Shown one piece after another: positions 46,535-56,380 of a stretch of 64,000 nucleotides of DNA. The translations under genes and the position numbers were made by a program. This stretch comes from Spirochaetia bacterium (lineage in GTDB: Bacteria; Spirochaetota; Spirochaetia; SZUA-6; Bin103), in contig CBDBOV010000005.1 in NCBI GenBank assembly GCA_965208575.1, positions 192,001-256,000 of the forward strand. Direction: 5' to 3'. Each line of letters starts with the position of its first letter. The first letter of the stretch is position 1. The notes beneath the pieces are model-generated. The model had not been told where the DNA came from, did not search any database, and saw only the letters and a list, made by a program, of their open reading frames with translations.

Positions 46535-48352
46535 ATGTGCTACGCAACACTCAAGAAGTACCTGGCGGTACTGATTGGCTTCGCTGTGGCCGCGACCGGC
46601 CTGTCGGCCGCTCCCGCGGAAGAGGAGCCGGCAGCGGCGATGGAAAAGGAGATGGTGCTCGATCCGACGACCGGCAAGATGGTGACCGCGCCAGAGTATG
46701 GCGGGACATTGACCCAGGCCGCTGGCAGAGATCAGAAGGTTTTTGACACTTATTTGGCGTGGTCGCCGTTTCAAGTTAGCAGTGCCGTCGTGGAGAAGCT
46801 CGGCATCGTGGACTGGGGACTAAGTAGGGACGAATTTCACTTTAGGGGTGGCTACCCGGCGCCTCTATTCGCCCTGAAGGGGGCGCTGGCTGAAAGCTGG
46901 AATATGTCCCCGGACAGGCTCACCTATACCTTCAACATCCGCCAGGGCGTTCACTGGCATGATAAGCCGCCGGTGAACGGGCGGGAGCTAACTGCCAAGG
47001 ATGTAGAACATTCCTTTCACCGCTTCTTGGGAAATAGGTTGACAGGGACCGAGTTCAGTGAAGCCGAACCTGCCGTAACAGCAGGTGAGCTCGGCACAGT
47101 GCCATTCGAGTCGATAACGGCCACCGACGAATATACCGTAGTTTTCACGCTGAAGGAGCCCTACCTTCGTACCCCGAACATGATTCTGGACTGGCATACC
47201 ATCGTCATATATCCTCCCGAGGTAATCGAGGAAGACGGTGACGCTTCCAATTGGAGGAACCTGGTCGGCACCGGACCGTTTGAGCTGACTGACTATGTCG
47301 AAAGCGTCTCTATCACCTATACCAAGAATCCTGACTACTGGGGCTACGACGAGAAGTTCCCGGACAACCGCCTGCCGTACGTCGACGAGTTCAGGGTCCT
47401 GTTCATGGCGGAGGAAGCAACCCGTCTGGCGGCACTACGCTCCCGTAAAATTGATTACAGTGGTTACCACGGCGCCGGCACCATGATAAAATCTATCGAT
47501 GTGGCAGAGAGTCTCAAGAGAACCAATCCCGAGCTGGTGCTGAACGAGTATTCGGAACGGGCGGACAATGGTTTTATTTTCAACGTGAGTGAGCCGCCCT
47601 TTGACGACATCCGGGTGCGAAAGGCCATGAACATGGCACTGGACCACGAAACCATTAACAATACCTACTTCAAGGGTTATGGAGATATAACGCCCAGGGG
47701 GCAAATAGGGATGCCAGGTTTCCACGTCCCGTTTGACGAGTGGCCTCAGGAGGTCAAGGATGCCTATAGCTATAACCCTGAAGGGGCCGAGAAGCTGCTT
47801 GATGAAGCTGGCTATCCGCGCGGCGCCGACGGCATTCGATTCAAGACCGACGCAAAATTTCGTGACACCGAGGATGTTGGTTGGGTAGAAGCGGTCGCAG
47901 CCTACTGGAGTGAGATTGGCGTCGATGTGAGGCTCGATCCTCGGCCAGCTGATGCAGCATGGAACGCATGGTGGGCAGATCCTGAAAGGGAACAAGGGTT
48001 AGTCCACTACGCGTTCGGTGCGTTGTCTGATTCATACGATGCGATGTTGAGATTTACTCCGGCATTTCAATATAACCCAGCTAAATCCGACGACCCGGTG
48101 TTTAATGCGTTGTTCGAGAGAGCCAAGACCGCTACCACCTTTGAGGATCAGAGGGAGCCGATTCTGGAGATGGACATGTACTTCAAGAAGAGTGTCTGGG
48201 GTGTTCCCGGTCCTGAGGTTCCACAATTCAATGTCACCCAGCCGTGGGTCAAAGGGTACAACTCGGAAGGTGGCCTGGGGGGTTTGCAATGGTACGCCGT
48301 TTTCGCCCGCCTCTGGATTGACCAGGATTTGAAGAAAGAAATGGGTTTTTGA
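46535..48352 (+). CDS. ABC substrate-binding protein, family 5 (paralogue B)
   Basis: AGGAG SD, signal peptide, APEYGG, LVGTGPF, WIDQDLKKEMGF. Confidence 0.93.
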   Translation: MCYATLKKYLAVLIGFAVAATGLSAAPAEEEPAAAMEKEMVLDPTTGKMVTAPEYGGTLTQAAGRDQKVFDTYLAWSPFQVSSAVVEKLGIVDWGLSRDEFHFRGGYPAPLFALKGALAESWNMSPDRLTYTFNIRQGVHWHDKPPVNGRELTAKDVEHSFHRFLGNRLTGTEFSEAEPAVTAGELGTVPFESITATDEYTVVFTLKEPYLRTPNMILDWHTIVIYPPEVIEEDGDASNWRNLVGTGPFELTDYVESVSITYTKNPDYWGYDEKFPDNRLPYVDEFRVLFMAEEATRLAALRSRKIDYSGYHGAGTMIKSIDVAESLKRTNPELVLNEYSERADNGFIFNVSEPPFDDIRVRKAMNMALDHETINNTYFKGYGDITPRGQIGMPGFHVPFDEWPQEVKDAYSYNPEGAEKLLDEAGYPRGADGIRFKTDAKFRDTEDVGWVEAVAAYWSEIGVDVRLDPRPADAAWNAWWADPEREQGLVHYAFGALSDSYDAMLRFTPAFQYNPAKSDDPVFNALFERAKTATTFEDQREPILEMDMYFKKSVWGVPGPEVPQFNVTQPWVKGYNSEGGLGGLQWYAVFARLWIDQDLKKEMGF

Positions 48353-48370
48353 GCACGATCTAGCGCGTTG

Positions 48371-48409
48371 GTCCCTCTCACCGCCCCGCGGGGAGAGGGA
48401 CTTTTTTTT
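48371..48409 (+). terminator. Intrinsic terminator between SBP and permease
   Basis: GTCCCTCTC...GAGAGGGAC followed by T8. Confidence 0.85.
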
Positions 48410-48455
48410 CCGAACAAGCTGTGGCGTCCAGTCGAACGATGAGCAGTCATCCGAA

Positions 48456-49418
48456 ATGAGAGCCTACGTCATCAGAAGACTATTGCTCCTCATCCCTACG
48501 CTGTTGGTTTTGACCATCCTGGTCTTCCTGTCGGTCCGTTTCATCCCGGGTGATGTAATAGATGCGATGGCGGGTAGGATAGAAGCTCAAGGCGCGGGTG
48601 CGAATATAGACCGTGCAGCTGTCGAGCGGATGTTGGGATTGGACCAGCCCGTGTACGTGCAGTATGGGCGCTGGTTGGGAGGTATCCTGCTGCGCGGCAC
48701 CCTTGGCAATTCACTTTTGGGCGACTGGTCGGTGGAGGCGGCTATTTGGGACAGATTACCGCTGACTATTGAGCTTGGCGTTTTGTCCGTCGTCATGGGG
48801 TTGCTGATAGCAGTGCCGGTCGGCATCTACTCGGCGATGCGCCGCAATACCGCCGCCGACTACGTGGGGCGTTCGTTCGCCGTCATCGGCTTGGCAACGC
48901 CCAACTTCTGGCTGGCGCTGATGGTGATAATCTTCCCGGCCATCTGGTGGGGCTGGTCGCCGCCGATGGAGTATGTCCCTCTGGTCGAGGACCCGCTGGG
49001 AAATCTCGGCATCTTCATCATTCCCAGCCTGATACTGGGGACGGCCCTGTCTGCGGCCACCATGCGCATGACCCGCACCATGATGCTGGAAGTGCTCCGC
49101 CAGGACTATATCCGCACCGCCTGGTCCAAGGGTCTCAGGGAGCGTGTCGTCGTGGTGAGGCACGCCGTCAAGAACGCCCTCATTCCGGTCGTGAGCCTGG
49201 TCGGCCTGCAGCTACCTATCGTAGTAGGCGGCGCCGTAATCATGGAGAACATCTTCAATCTTCCGGGGCTGGGACGCCTGATGCTGATCGCCCTCACGGA
49301 GAGAGATTACCCGGTAGTCTCCGGCATCAACCTGTTTTTTGGCACTGCCGTGCTCACGTTCAACCTGTTGATCGATATCATCTATTCCTATTTGGATCCC
49401 CGGATTCGGTATCGCTAG
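48456..49418 (+). CDS. Dpp/Opp ABC permease, DppB family
   Basis: MRAYVIRRLL, LRQDYIRTAWSKGL, DPRIRY. Confidence 0.93.
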   Translation: MRAYVIRRLLLLIPTLLVLTILVFLSVRFIPGDVIDAMAGRIEAQGAGANIDRAAVERMLGLDQPVYVQYGRWLGGILLRGTLGNSLLGDWSVEAAIWDRLPLTIELGVLSVVMGLLIAVPVGIYSAMRRNTAADYVGRSFAVIGLATPNFWLALMVIIFPAIWWGWSPPMEYVPLVEDPLGNLGIFIIPSLILGTALSAATMRMTRTMMLEVLRQDYIRTAWSKGLRERVVVVRHAVKNALIPVVSLVGLQLPIVVGGAVIMENIFNLPGLGRLMLIALTERDYPVVSGINLFFGTAVLTFNLLIDIIYSYLDPRIRYR

Positions 49419-49419
49419 C

Positions 49420-50322
49420 ATGGACCCGACAAGGAGACAGTTTTCCCCGGGCCTGTTGCTGCGCAGGCTGGTGAAGGAGCAGCCGCTGGGCACGTTCGGG
49501 GGAGTGGTCGTACTGTTACTGGTTTTCGTCAGCATTTTTGCCGGTGTAGTGGCGCCGTATGAGCCGGCTGAAGTCCATTTGGCAGACCGGCTGACCAGCT
49601 CATCGAGCCGCTATCTCCTGGGCACCGATCATCTGGGGCGGGACCTGCTGAGCCGCCTGATCCACGGTGCCCGAATTTCGCTATTCGTCGGCCTGGCAGC
49701 GACTACGGTCAATGTCGTGGTGGCGGTGCTGATAGGCGCACCGTCCGGCTACTTTGGCGGGAAACTGGACCTGGCGGTGCAGCGCTTTGTCGATGCCTGG
49801 ATGGCCTTTCCGGGGCTGCTGATCTTGCTGACGATCATGTCCGTAGTGGGGCAGGGTTTGCCGCAGATCATCCTGGTCTTGGGGATCGCCGGGGGCATCG
49901 GCGGCTCCCGAGTCGTCCGAGGGGCCGTTATGGGCATCAAGGAGAATGACTATTTTCTGGCAGCCCAGGCGGTGGGCACGCCCACGCGCCACATCCTGAT
50001 CGGCCATGTGCTGCCCAATATCATACCGGTCGTCATCATCGTCTTCTCCATCAACATCGGAGGCGTGATCATTGCCGAGGCCAGCTTGAGTTTCCTGGGT
50101 TTCGGTCTGCCGCTGGAGATCCCGAGCTGGGGAGCCATGCTCAGCAGAGAGGGGCGCAAGTACATGGAGGTGGCGCCGCGGCTGGCGCTGTTACCGGGGC
50201 TGTGCCTGACGATTGTCGTGTACTGCCTCAACATGTTCGGCGACGCGGTGCGGGATCTGCTCGACCCACGGCTGCGGGGTAGTGGTGGTCGTCTGGGTGC
50301 GAGCGCCAGGCACACTGCCTAA
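49420..50322 (+). CDS. Dpp/Opp ABC permease, DppC family
   Basis: LGTDHLGRD, HVLPNI, GDAVRDLLDPR. Confidence 0.93.
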   Translation: MDPTRRQFSPGLLLRRLVKEQPLGTFGGVVVLLLVFVSIFAGVVAPYEPAEVHLADRLTSSSSRYLLGTDHLGRDLLSRLIHGARISLFVGLAATTVNVVVAVLIGAPSGYFGGKLDLAVQRFVDAWMAFPGLLILLTIMSVVGQGLPQIILVLGIAGGIGGSRVVRGAVMGIKENDYFLAAQAVGTPTRHILIGHVLPNIIPVVIIVFSINIGGVIIAEASLSFLGFGLPLEIPSWGAMLSREGRKYMEVAPRLALLPGLCLTIVVYCLNMFGDAVRDLLDPRLRGSGGRLGASARHTA

Positions 50323-50425
50323 TGACAGAGGGCTCAAGGGCGGCGCCGGACGCTCAGGGGATCAAGCAGAGCGAAGCGATTCTGCGCGGCTGAGCAGCAC
50401 CGCCGACCGCCGTGACGGCCGCGCC

Positions 50426-50528
50426 TTGCCGACGGCGGTGGCGAGGCGATAGAGTCGAAGGCGCCCAGGCTGCGCCCGTAGTCTTCCACGGCTGGGAGCT
50501 GCTGTTCTGCGGCGCCGTGCGGGGCTGA
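50426..50528 (+). pseudogene. Deletion scar of the AAA-PD(D/E)XK gene (promoter plus last ~15 codons)
   Basis: Upstream matches 43752-43804, then jumps to VFHGWELLFC.AV.G* matching 45512-45560. Confidence 0.85.
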
Positions 50529-50663
50529 GGCCGGAACGACGGCCATGCAACCGACCTATGGAAGTCCGAATGCAAGAACAGCTCCCGCCGGCACGATGCC
50601 GCCGAGCGTGCGGCCGGCGCCCTTAAGCGCGCGCCGCCGCCGACGCCTACGCTCAGTAGCCGG

Positions 50664-51098
50664 ATGGAAGCGGACCTGATCACAGACCCGACCGCCCGGC
50701 AGGTGGCGGAGGTGGAGCGCGGCCTGGGAGAGTATGACCTGCAGTTCCTGCCGGGACGCTCTGGCGTAGCGATCAAGGGAGTGCTCGTGGGGTCGGACCG
50801 GGTGGTAGCGGGCCTGTACGGCGAGATGTTCTGGGGGAAGATGCACATCCGCCTGTTGTGGGTGCATCCGGACCGCCGCCATAGGGGACTGGGGCGCAGG
50901 ATGATGACCTGGGCGGAGCAGCGCAGCCGGGAACTGGGTTGCTACGCGGTAGCCGTGGAGACGATGTCGTTTCAGGCTCCCGGATTTTACGCCGCGTTGG
51001 GATATCGGCAGATCGGCCTGTCGCAGGGCTACGAGGGGAACGCCTCCCGGCACTACTTCGACAAGGACCTTCTCGACAAGGATCTTGCTGATGAATGA
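50664..51098 (+). CDS. GNAT N-acetyltransferase
   Basis: LWVHPD.RHRGLGR, ETMSFQAPGFY..LGY. Confidence 0.9.
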   Translation: MEADLITDPTARQVAEVERGLGEYDLQFLPGRSGVAIKGVLVGSDRVVAGLYGEMFWGKMHIRLLWVHPDRRHRGLGRRMMTWAEQRSRELGCYAVAVETMSFQAPGFYAALGYRQIGLSQGYEGNASRHYFDKDLLDKDLADE

Positions 51099-51594
51099 GT
51101 TCGACTTCGGCGAGCACTTCGCGCGTCTCATCCGGGAGTGCGAGGGAAAGTTTCGTTTCAGACGCGGTGCCGAAACGGGGTTGCGGCAGTGGCAGACTCC
51201 ATTCCGGCAGAGTCTGAAACGGGTCCCGGGAGTGGCGAACATGGAGCGCGATCTGGCCGGCTTCGTGCCCGACGCGGAGTTGCTCGACAGGGTCGACAAG
51301 GGCTCCTACGTGCGGGAGTCGTGGCGCATCCGCACCGAGCCGACCGTGCCGCTGCCGTGCTACCTGGTGGTCGCGCCCACCACGCGCGCGTTTGGCGACA
51401 CCCGCTCGCCGGGCCGCGACGACCCGATCTTTCCGGTCGCCCACACCCAGGCCGCCTTCGAGCAACTCGCCAAGGTCTACCGGGCAGCCGGCGAGCCGGA
51501 CCGCTGCGAGCTGTACATCGGCAACGGCGGCCACCGCTACTACAAGGAACGCGTCTGGCCCTTCTTCGCGGAGGTCTTTGGCGCTGTTCGCTGA
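51091..51594 (+). pseudogene. Doubly internally deleted copy of the hydrolase at 42133
   Basis: PLPCY|LVVAPTTRAFGDTRSP|GRDDPIF; nucleophile GNSGG removed. Confidence 0.88.
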
Positions 51595-51614
51595 GGGCGG
51601 GGGAGGCCGGTGGA

Positions 51615-52723
51615 CTATGCGAGGCGGCTCAGCAGGACGCGGGCGGGGGCGAGGCGGATGCCCTCGGGGGTTAGCACGTCCTTGGTGCCGGTGGCGCTGA
51701 GCTGCCACGCCTCGGCGTCGGGGAAACGCCGCTTCAGATAGCGCAGGCCACGGTCCACCCGGGTATCGGACCACTTTGCCTCTACCATGAGCAACGGCAC
51801 GCGGCGCTCGGTGACCACGAAGTCGACTTCCCGGCCGTCCAGGTCGCGAAAGTAGCGTAACTCCAGGTCGCGGCCCTCGGAGTCCTGCTGTTGGTGGACC
51901 GACTTGAGCAGCGCCATGGCGAGCAGGTTCTCGAACCGTTGCGGCATTTCCGGGATCTGGGTCCAATCGTACAGGTAGTGCTTCTGTGCCTTCTTGACGG
52001 CTCGGATGGCCGGCGACCCGAACGGGCTGAGCCGAACCACGGCATACAACCGCTCCAGCGCAGCCACCCAGCGCCGCACCGCGTCGTGGCTTACGCCGAG
52101 ATCCTCGCGCAGCGCGTTGAGCGACAGCGGCGCGCCCACCAGCTCCGGAAGGCGCAACGCCAGCAATTCCAGGTTGCCGAGGTCGACGATCTGTTCGAGC
52201 GAAGTGATCTCCTCGCGGATCAGCAGGGTTCGGTAGTCGCGCGACCAGCGACGCGCGCTGCGCTCGGAACCGGCGAAGAACGGCTCGGGAAAGCCGCCCA
52301 GCCGCAACAGGTCGTGCAGCGCCGACGGATCGCCAAGCTCGGCCAAAGACAAGGGATGCAGCCGATGCAGATGATAGCGCCCCTGCAACGAGTCGCCGCC
52401 GCGCCGGTAAGCGCGTCGAGACGGGCGCTGCCGGTCACCAGGATGCGCACGCGGTCGCCGGCGCCGTCGAACAGGCCTTTCAGGTAGTTGCGCCAAGACC
52501 GGTACTTGTGCAGTTCATCAAGCGCCAGCACCGGCACCGCAGGAAGCTCACGTCTCAGAATTGACTCGCGGTGCTCGGGGACATCCCAGTTGAGGTAACC
52601 TGCCTGGTCGGGCAGTATCTGCTTCGCCAGCGTTGTCTTGCCGACCTGACGCGGCCCCGCCACGAATACCATCTTCGCCTCCAGGTCGGCACGCACGACC
52701 TCATCCAGATAGCGTCGGTCCAC
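51615..52723 (-). pseudogene. AAA_14/DUF4143 ATP-binding protein with a frameshift near 52411
   Basis: GPRQVGKTT, LDELHK, VTGSARLDA in one frame; YRRGGDSLQGRY...EVDFV...VEAK in another; could be a sequencing error. Confidence 0.85.
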
Positions 52724-52729
52724 GCACCA

Positions 52730-52757
52730 ATGCTACATTATTTCTAGCGGGTGTCAA
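52730..52757 (-). promoter_or_regulatory. Promoter for a probably leaderless mRNA
   Basis: TTGACA-16 nt-TAGCAT, GTG 6 nt later. Confidence 0.6.
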
Positions 52758-53124
52758 AATCTACCTCAGTATTATTTCGGTGCCGCCGAAGAGCGCGCCG
52801 CTCGTTCAAGGTGACCCGTCGTTTCCGACGCAGAGTTGACTTGAGTTGCGGAGCCGTGATACGGTCGGAATCGGACGCGGGTCTCGACGCCCGCCGAGCG
52901 GTCGCGGTTCACCCGGCGCACAGGAGGAACGGGATGCCACCCCAGACCGGAGTACGACTGACAGGAACCCGGCAGCCAACGCCGCTTGCGTCGAGTCACC
53001 GTGCCGGCTCGAAGGCGAACGTGCCGCCCTCGCTTTCCGTAACCTGCGACCTGCAGGAATGCCTCGAGACAAGGCGAGGGGTCGGCACTGAATTACGTGC
53101 TCTCGAGGAACAGGAGACACATTC

Positions 53125-54921
53125 ATGTGTTACGCAACGCTCAAGAAGTACCTGGCGGTACTGATTGGCCTCGCTGTGACCGCGACCGGCCTGTCGGCCG
53201 CTCCCGCGGAGGAGCAGCCGGCAGCGGCGATGGAAAAGGAGATGGTGCTCGACCCGAGCACCGGCAAGATGGTGACCGCGCCAGAGTATGGCGGGACATT
53301 GACCCAGGCCGGTAACACGTATTACAAGGTTTTTGACACTTATTTGGCGTGGCTGCCTGTTCATGTTGGCGGTGCCGTCGTGGAGAAGCTCGGCATCGTG
53401 GACTGGGCAATTGATAGGGACGAATATCCTCTTAAGGGTGGCTACCTTGCGCCTCTCCACGTCATAAGGGGAGCGCTGGCTGAAAGCTGGGAGCAGCCCG
53501 ACCCACTGACTTATGTCTTCAACATCCGTAAGGGCGTTCACTGGCATGATAAGCCGCCGGTGAACGGGCGGGAGCTAACTGCTGAGGATATCGAATACAA
53601 CTTTCACCGTATGGTGGGTCTGGGCAGCGGCTTCACTGAAATTGCCGCAACAGCAGGTGAGCTTGGCACAGTGCCATTCGAGTCGATAACGGCCACCGAC
53701 GAATATACCGTAGTTTTCAAGCTGAAGGAGCCATACCTTCGTGCCCCGATCCTGATTCAGGACTGGTATAATATGCTCATGTATCCCCCCGAGGTAATCC
53801 GGGAACACGGTGACGTTTCCGATTGGCGAAATGTTGTCGGCACTGGGCCCTTTGAGTTGACTGACTTTGTCGATGGTAGCTCCTTTACCTATACCAAGAA
53901 TCCTGATTACTGGGGCTACGACGAGAAGTTTCCGGAGAACCGCCTGCCGTACGTCGACGAGTTCAGGGTCCTGATTATGAAAGACGAAGCAACACGTCTG
54001 GCGGCACTACGCTCCGGTAAGGTTGATTACAGTGGTTACCACGGCGCCGGCGCCATGATAAAATCTATCGATGTGGCAGAGAGTCTCAAGAGAACCAATC
54101 CCGAGCTGGTGCTGAACGAGTATTCGGAACGGGCGGAAAATGGTTTTATTTTCGACGTGAGTAAGCCGCCCTTTGACGACATCAGGGTGCGAAAGGCCAT
54201 GAACATGGCACTGGACCTCGAAACCATTAACAATACCTACTTCAAGGGTTATGGAGATACAACGCCCAGGGGGCAAGTAGGGATGCCAGGTTTCCACGTC
54301 CCGTTTGACGAGTGGCCTCAGGAGGTCAAGGATGCCTATAGCTATAACCCCGAGGGGGCCGCGAAGCTGCTTGATGAAGCTGGCTATCCGCGCCGCGCCG
54401 ACGGCATTAGATTCAAGACCACGGTAACAATGGTAGAAGCCCAAGGTGTTGGCTTTATAGAAACGGCCGTAGCCTACTGGAGTGAGATTGGTGTCGATGT
54501 GAGGCTCGATCCTTTGCCAGCTGCAACATGGGGCGCATTTGCCAGAGATCCTGAACGGGAACAGGGGTTACTCCACCACGCGTTCTTTGCGGTGGCTGAA
54601 GCATTCGACCTGCTGTGGAGATTTACTCCGGGATATGAATCGAACCCATGTAAATGCGACGACCCGGCCTATAACGCGTTGTTCGAGAGAGCCAAGGCCG
54701 CTACCACCTTTGAGGATCAGAGGGAGCCGCTTGTGGAGATGGATATGCACCTCATAAAGAGTGTCTGGGGTGTACCCGGTCCTATGGTTCCAGTATTTAA
54801 TGTGACCCAGCCGTGGGTCAAAGGGTACAACTCGGAAGGTGGCCTAGGGGGTTTGAATTGGTATGGCATTTTCGCCCGCCTCTGGATTGACCAGGACTTG
54901 AAGAAAGAAATGGGTTTTTGA
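53125..54921 (+). CDS. ABC substrate-binding protein, family 5 (paralogue C)
   Basis: Same scaffold as 46535-48352 with divergent patches. Confidence 0.93.
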   Translation: MCYATLKKYLAVLIGLAVTATGLSAAPAEEQPAAAMEKEMVLDPSTGKMVTAPEYGGTLTQAGNTYYKVFDTYLAWLPVHVGGAVVEKLGIVDWAIDRDEYPLKGGYLAPLHVIRGALAESWEQPDPLTYVFNIRKGVHWHDKPPVNGRELTAEDIEYNFHRMVGLGSGFTEIAATAGELGTVPFESITATDEYTVVFKLKEPYLRAPILIQDWYNMLMYPPEVIREHGDVSDWRNVVGTGPFELTDFVDGSSFTYTKNPDYWGYDEKFPENRLPYVDEFRVLIMKDEATRLAALRSGKVDYSGYHGAGAMIKSIDVAESLKRTNPELVLNEYSERAENGFIFDVSKPPFDDIRVRKAMNMALDLETINNTYFKGYGDTTPRGQVGMPGFHVPFDEWPQEVKDAYSYNPEGAAKLLDEAGYPRRADGIRFKTTVTMVEAQGVGFIETAVAYWSEIGVDVRLDPLPAATWGAFARDPEREQGLLHHAFFAVAEAFDLLWRFTPGYESNPCKCDDPAYNALFERAKAATTFEDQREPLVEMDMHLIKSVWGVPGPMVPVFNVTQPWVKGYNSEGGLGGLNWYGIFARLWIDQDLKKEMGF

Positions 54922-54939
54922 GCACGATCTAGCGCGTTG

Positions 54940-54978
54940 GTCCCTCTCACCGCCCCGCGGGGAGAGGGACTTTTTTTT
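54940..54978 (+). terminator. Intrinsic terminator
   Basis: Identical to 48371-48409. Confidence 0.85.
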
Positions 54979-55024
54979 CCGAACAAGCTGTGGCGTCCAG
55001 TCGAACGATGAGCAGTCATCCGAA

Positions 55025-55670
55025 ATGAGAGCGTACGTCATCAGGAGACTATTGCTCCTCATCCCTACGCTGTTGATTTTGACCATCCTGGTCTTCCTCT
55101 CGGTGCGCTTCATTCCCGGCGACGTAATAGACAACGATGATGAGTGACTTGCTATACGCGGGTCCGGGGCTGCTGATCTTGCTGACGATCATGTCTGTGG
55201 TGGGGCAGGGTTTGCCACAGATCATCCTGGTCCTGGGGATCGCCGGAGGCATCGGCGGCTCCAGAGTCGTCCGAGGGGCCGTCATGGGCATCAAGGAGAA
55301 TGACTATTTTCTGGCAGCCCAGGCGGTGGGCACCCCCACGCGCCACATCCTGATCGGCCATGTGCTGCCCAATATCATACCGGTCGTCATCATCGTCTTC
55401 TCCATCAACATCGGAGGCGTGATCATTGCCGAGGCCAGCTTGAGTTTCCTGGGTTTCGGTCTGCCGCTGGAGATTCCGAGCTGGGGAGCCATGCTCAGCA
55501 GAGAGGGGCGCAAGTACATGGAGGTGGCGCCGCGGCTGGCGCTGTTACCGGGGCTGTGCCTGACCATTGTCGTGTACTGCCTGAACATGTTCGGCGACGC
55601 GGTGCGGGATCTGCTCGACCCACGGCTGCGGGGTAGTGGTGGTCGTCTGGGTGCGAGCGCATCTGCGTAG
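55025..55670 (+). pseudogene. dppB 5' fragment joined to dppC 3' half
   Basis: MRAYVIRRLL...PGDVID, ~30 bp filler, then PGLLILLTIM... matching 49810 onward. Confidence 0.88.
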
Positions 55671-55671
55671 T

Positions 55672-56052
55672 TCAAGCCGCCAGGATGCGCACGCCGTACA
55701 ATGGGATGTTCCGATCGCGGGTAACGAGGACGAGACCCTCGGCCTGGGCCTGGGCGACCAGGCAGCGATCGAACGGATCGCGATGATGCATGGGGAGGCT
55801 TGCTGACTGCTCGGCGTGGTGGTAGGTCAGCGGCAGGTGCGTGAAGCCCTTCAGGTCGACCATGGTGCCCAGACTGTCGGGAGCGGTCAATTTGCCCTTG
55901 GCCCTCTTGACGGCGATCTCCCATCCGGTAACGGCGCTGATGAAGACCTCGTTCCGCGGGTCCGCTATGGCGGCGCGAGCTCCGGCCTTCAGCCTGTCCA
56001 CCTCCGACACCCACCACAGAAACGCGTGAGTGTCCAACAACAACCGCTGCAT
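55672..56052 (-). CDS. vapC: VapC/PIN toxin
   Basis: LLDTHAFLW, SAVT.WEI..K, HRDPFDR.LVAQA, LVTRD. Confidence 0.9.
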   Translation of the reverse strand: MQRLLLDTHAFLWWVSEVDRLKAGARAAIADPRNEVFISAVTGWEIAVKRAKGKLTAPDSLGTMVDLKGFTHLPLTYHHAEQSASLPMHHRDPFDRCLVAQAQAEGLVLVTRDRNIPLYGVRILAA

Positions 56053-56055
56053 CTG

Positions 56056-56307
56056 TCAGGTCTCGCCCGGTGAGATCTTCGAATTATCGATGTCGGCGAT
56101 GAGTTCCTCGTCCTCGTCGTCGAAGTCGGGCGACATCCGGATCCGGCCCTCGAACCCTCCCGGCTTCCGCTCCTGCAGACGCCCCCGGTAGGGAACCAGG
56201 TTGAGCCAGGGCTTGCCTGCCTTGCAGATCACGATCTCCTCGCCCTGCCAAGCCAGTTCCGCCAGCCGCGAGAGTTGCGACTTCGCTTCATGCATGTTCA
56301 CGTGCAT
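56056..56307 (-). CDS. Phd/YefM family antitoxin
   Basis: MHVNMHEAKSQLSRL...GEEIVICKAGKP...RKPG...DFD. Confidence 0.88.
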   Translation of the reverse strand: MHVNMHEAKSQLSRLAELAWQGEEIVICKAGKPWLNLVPYRGRLQERKPGGFEGRIRMSPDFDDEDEELIADIDNSKISPGET

Positions 56308-56321
56308 TGTCCCTTCCCCAC

Positions 56322-56340
56322 AGCTAAGTCGAGCTAAGTC
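56322..56340 (-). promoter_or_regulatory. Putative antitoxin operator
   Basis: Direct repeat GACTTAGCT x2 just upstream of the antitoxin SD. Confidence 0.5.
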
Positions 56341-56380
56341 TACCGTATCTTCGCGACCGGGTCCACTCCCGGCGGGCTCA

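Larger units (their letters stand above)
46157..48560 (+). repeat. Segmental duplication, unit B (paired with 52790-55132)
   Basis: Near-identical leader, SBP scaffold, terminator and dppB 5' end. Confidence 0.92.
52790..55132 (+). repeat. Segmental duplication, unit C
   Basis: Matches 46157-48560. Confidence 0.92.

Noticed and set aside
52405-52415. Programmed frameshift in the AAA_14 gene
   Set aside because: No slippery heptamer or homopolymer at the junction; a simple indel or sequencing error is more likely
46535-54921. Diversity-generating retroelement behind the SBP variation
   Set aside because: No reverse transcriptase or template repeat in the window; differences involve all four bases and indels across 1.8 kb rather than adenine-specific changes in a short region
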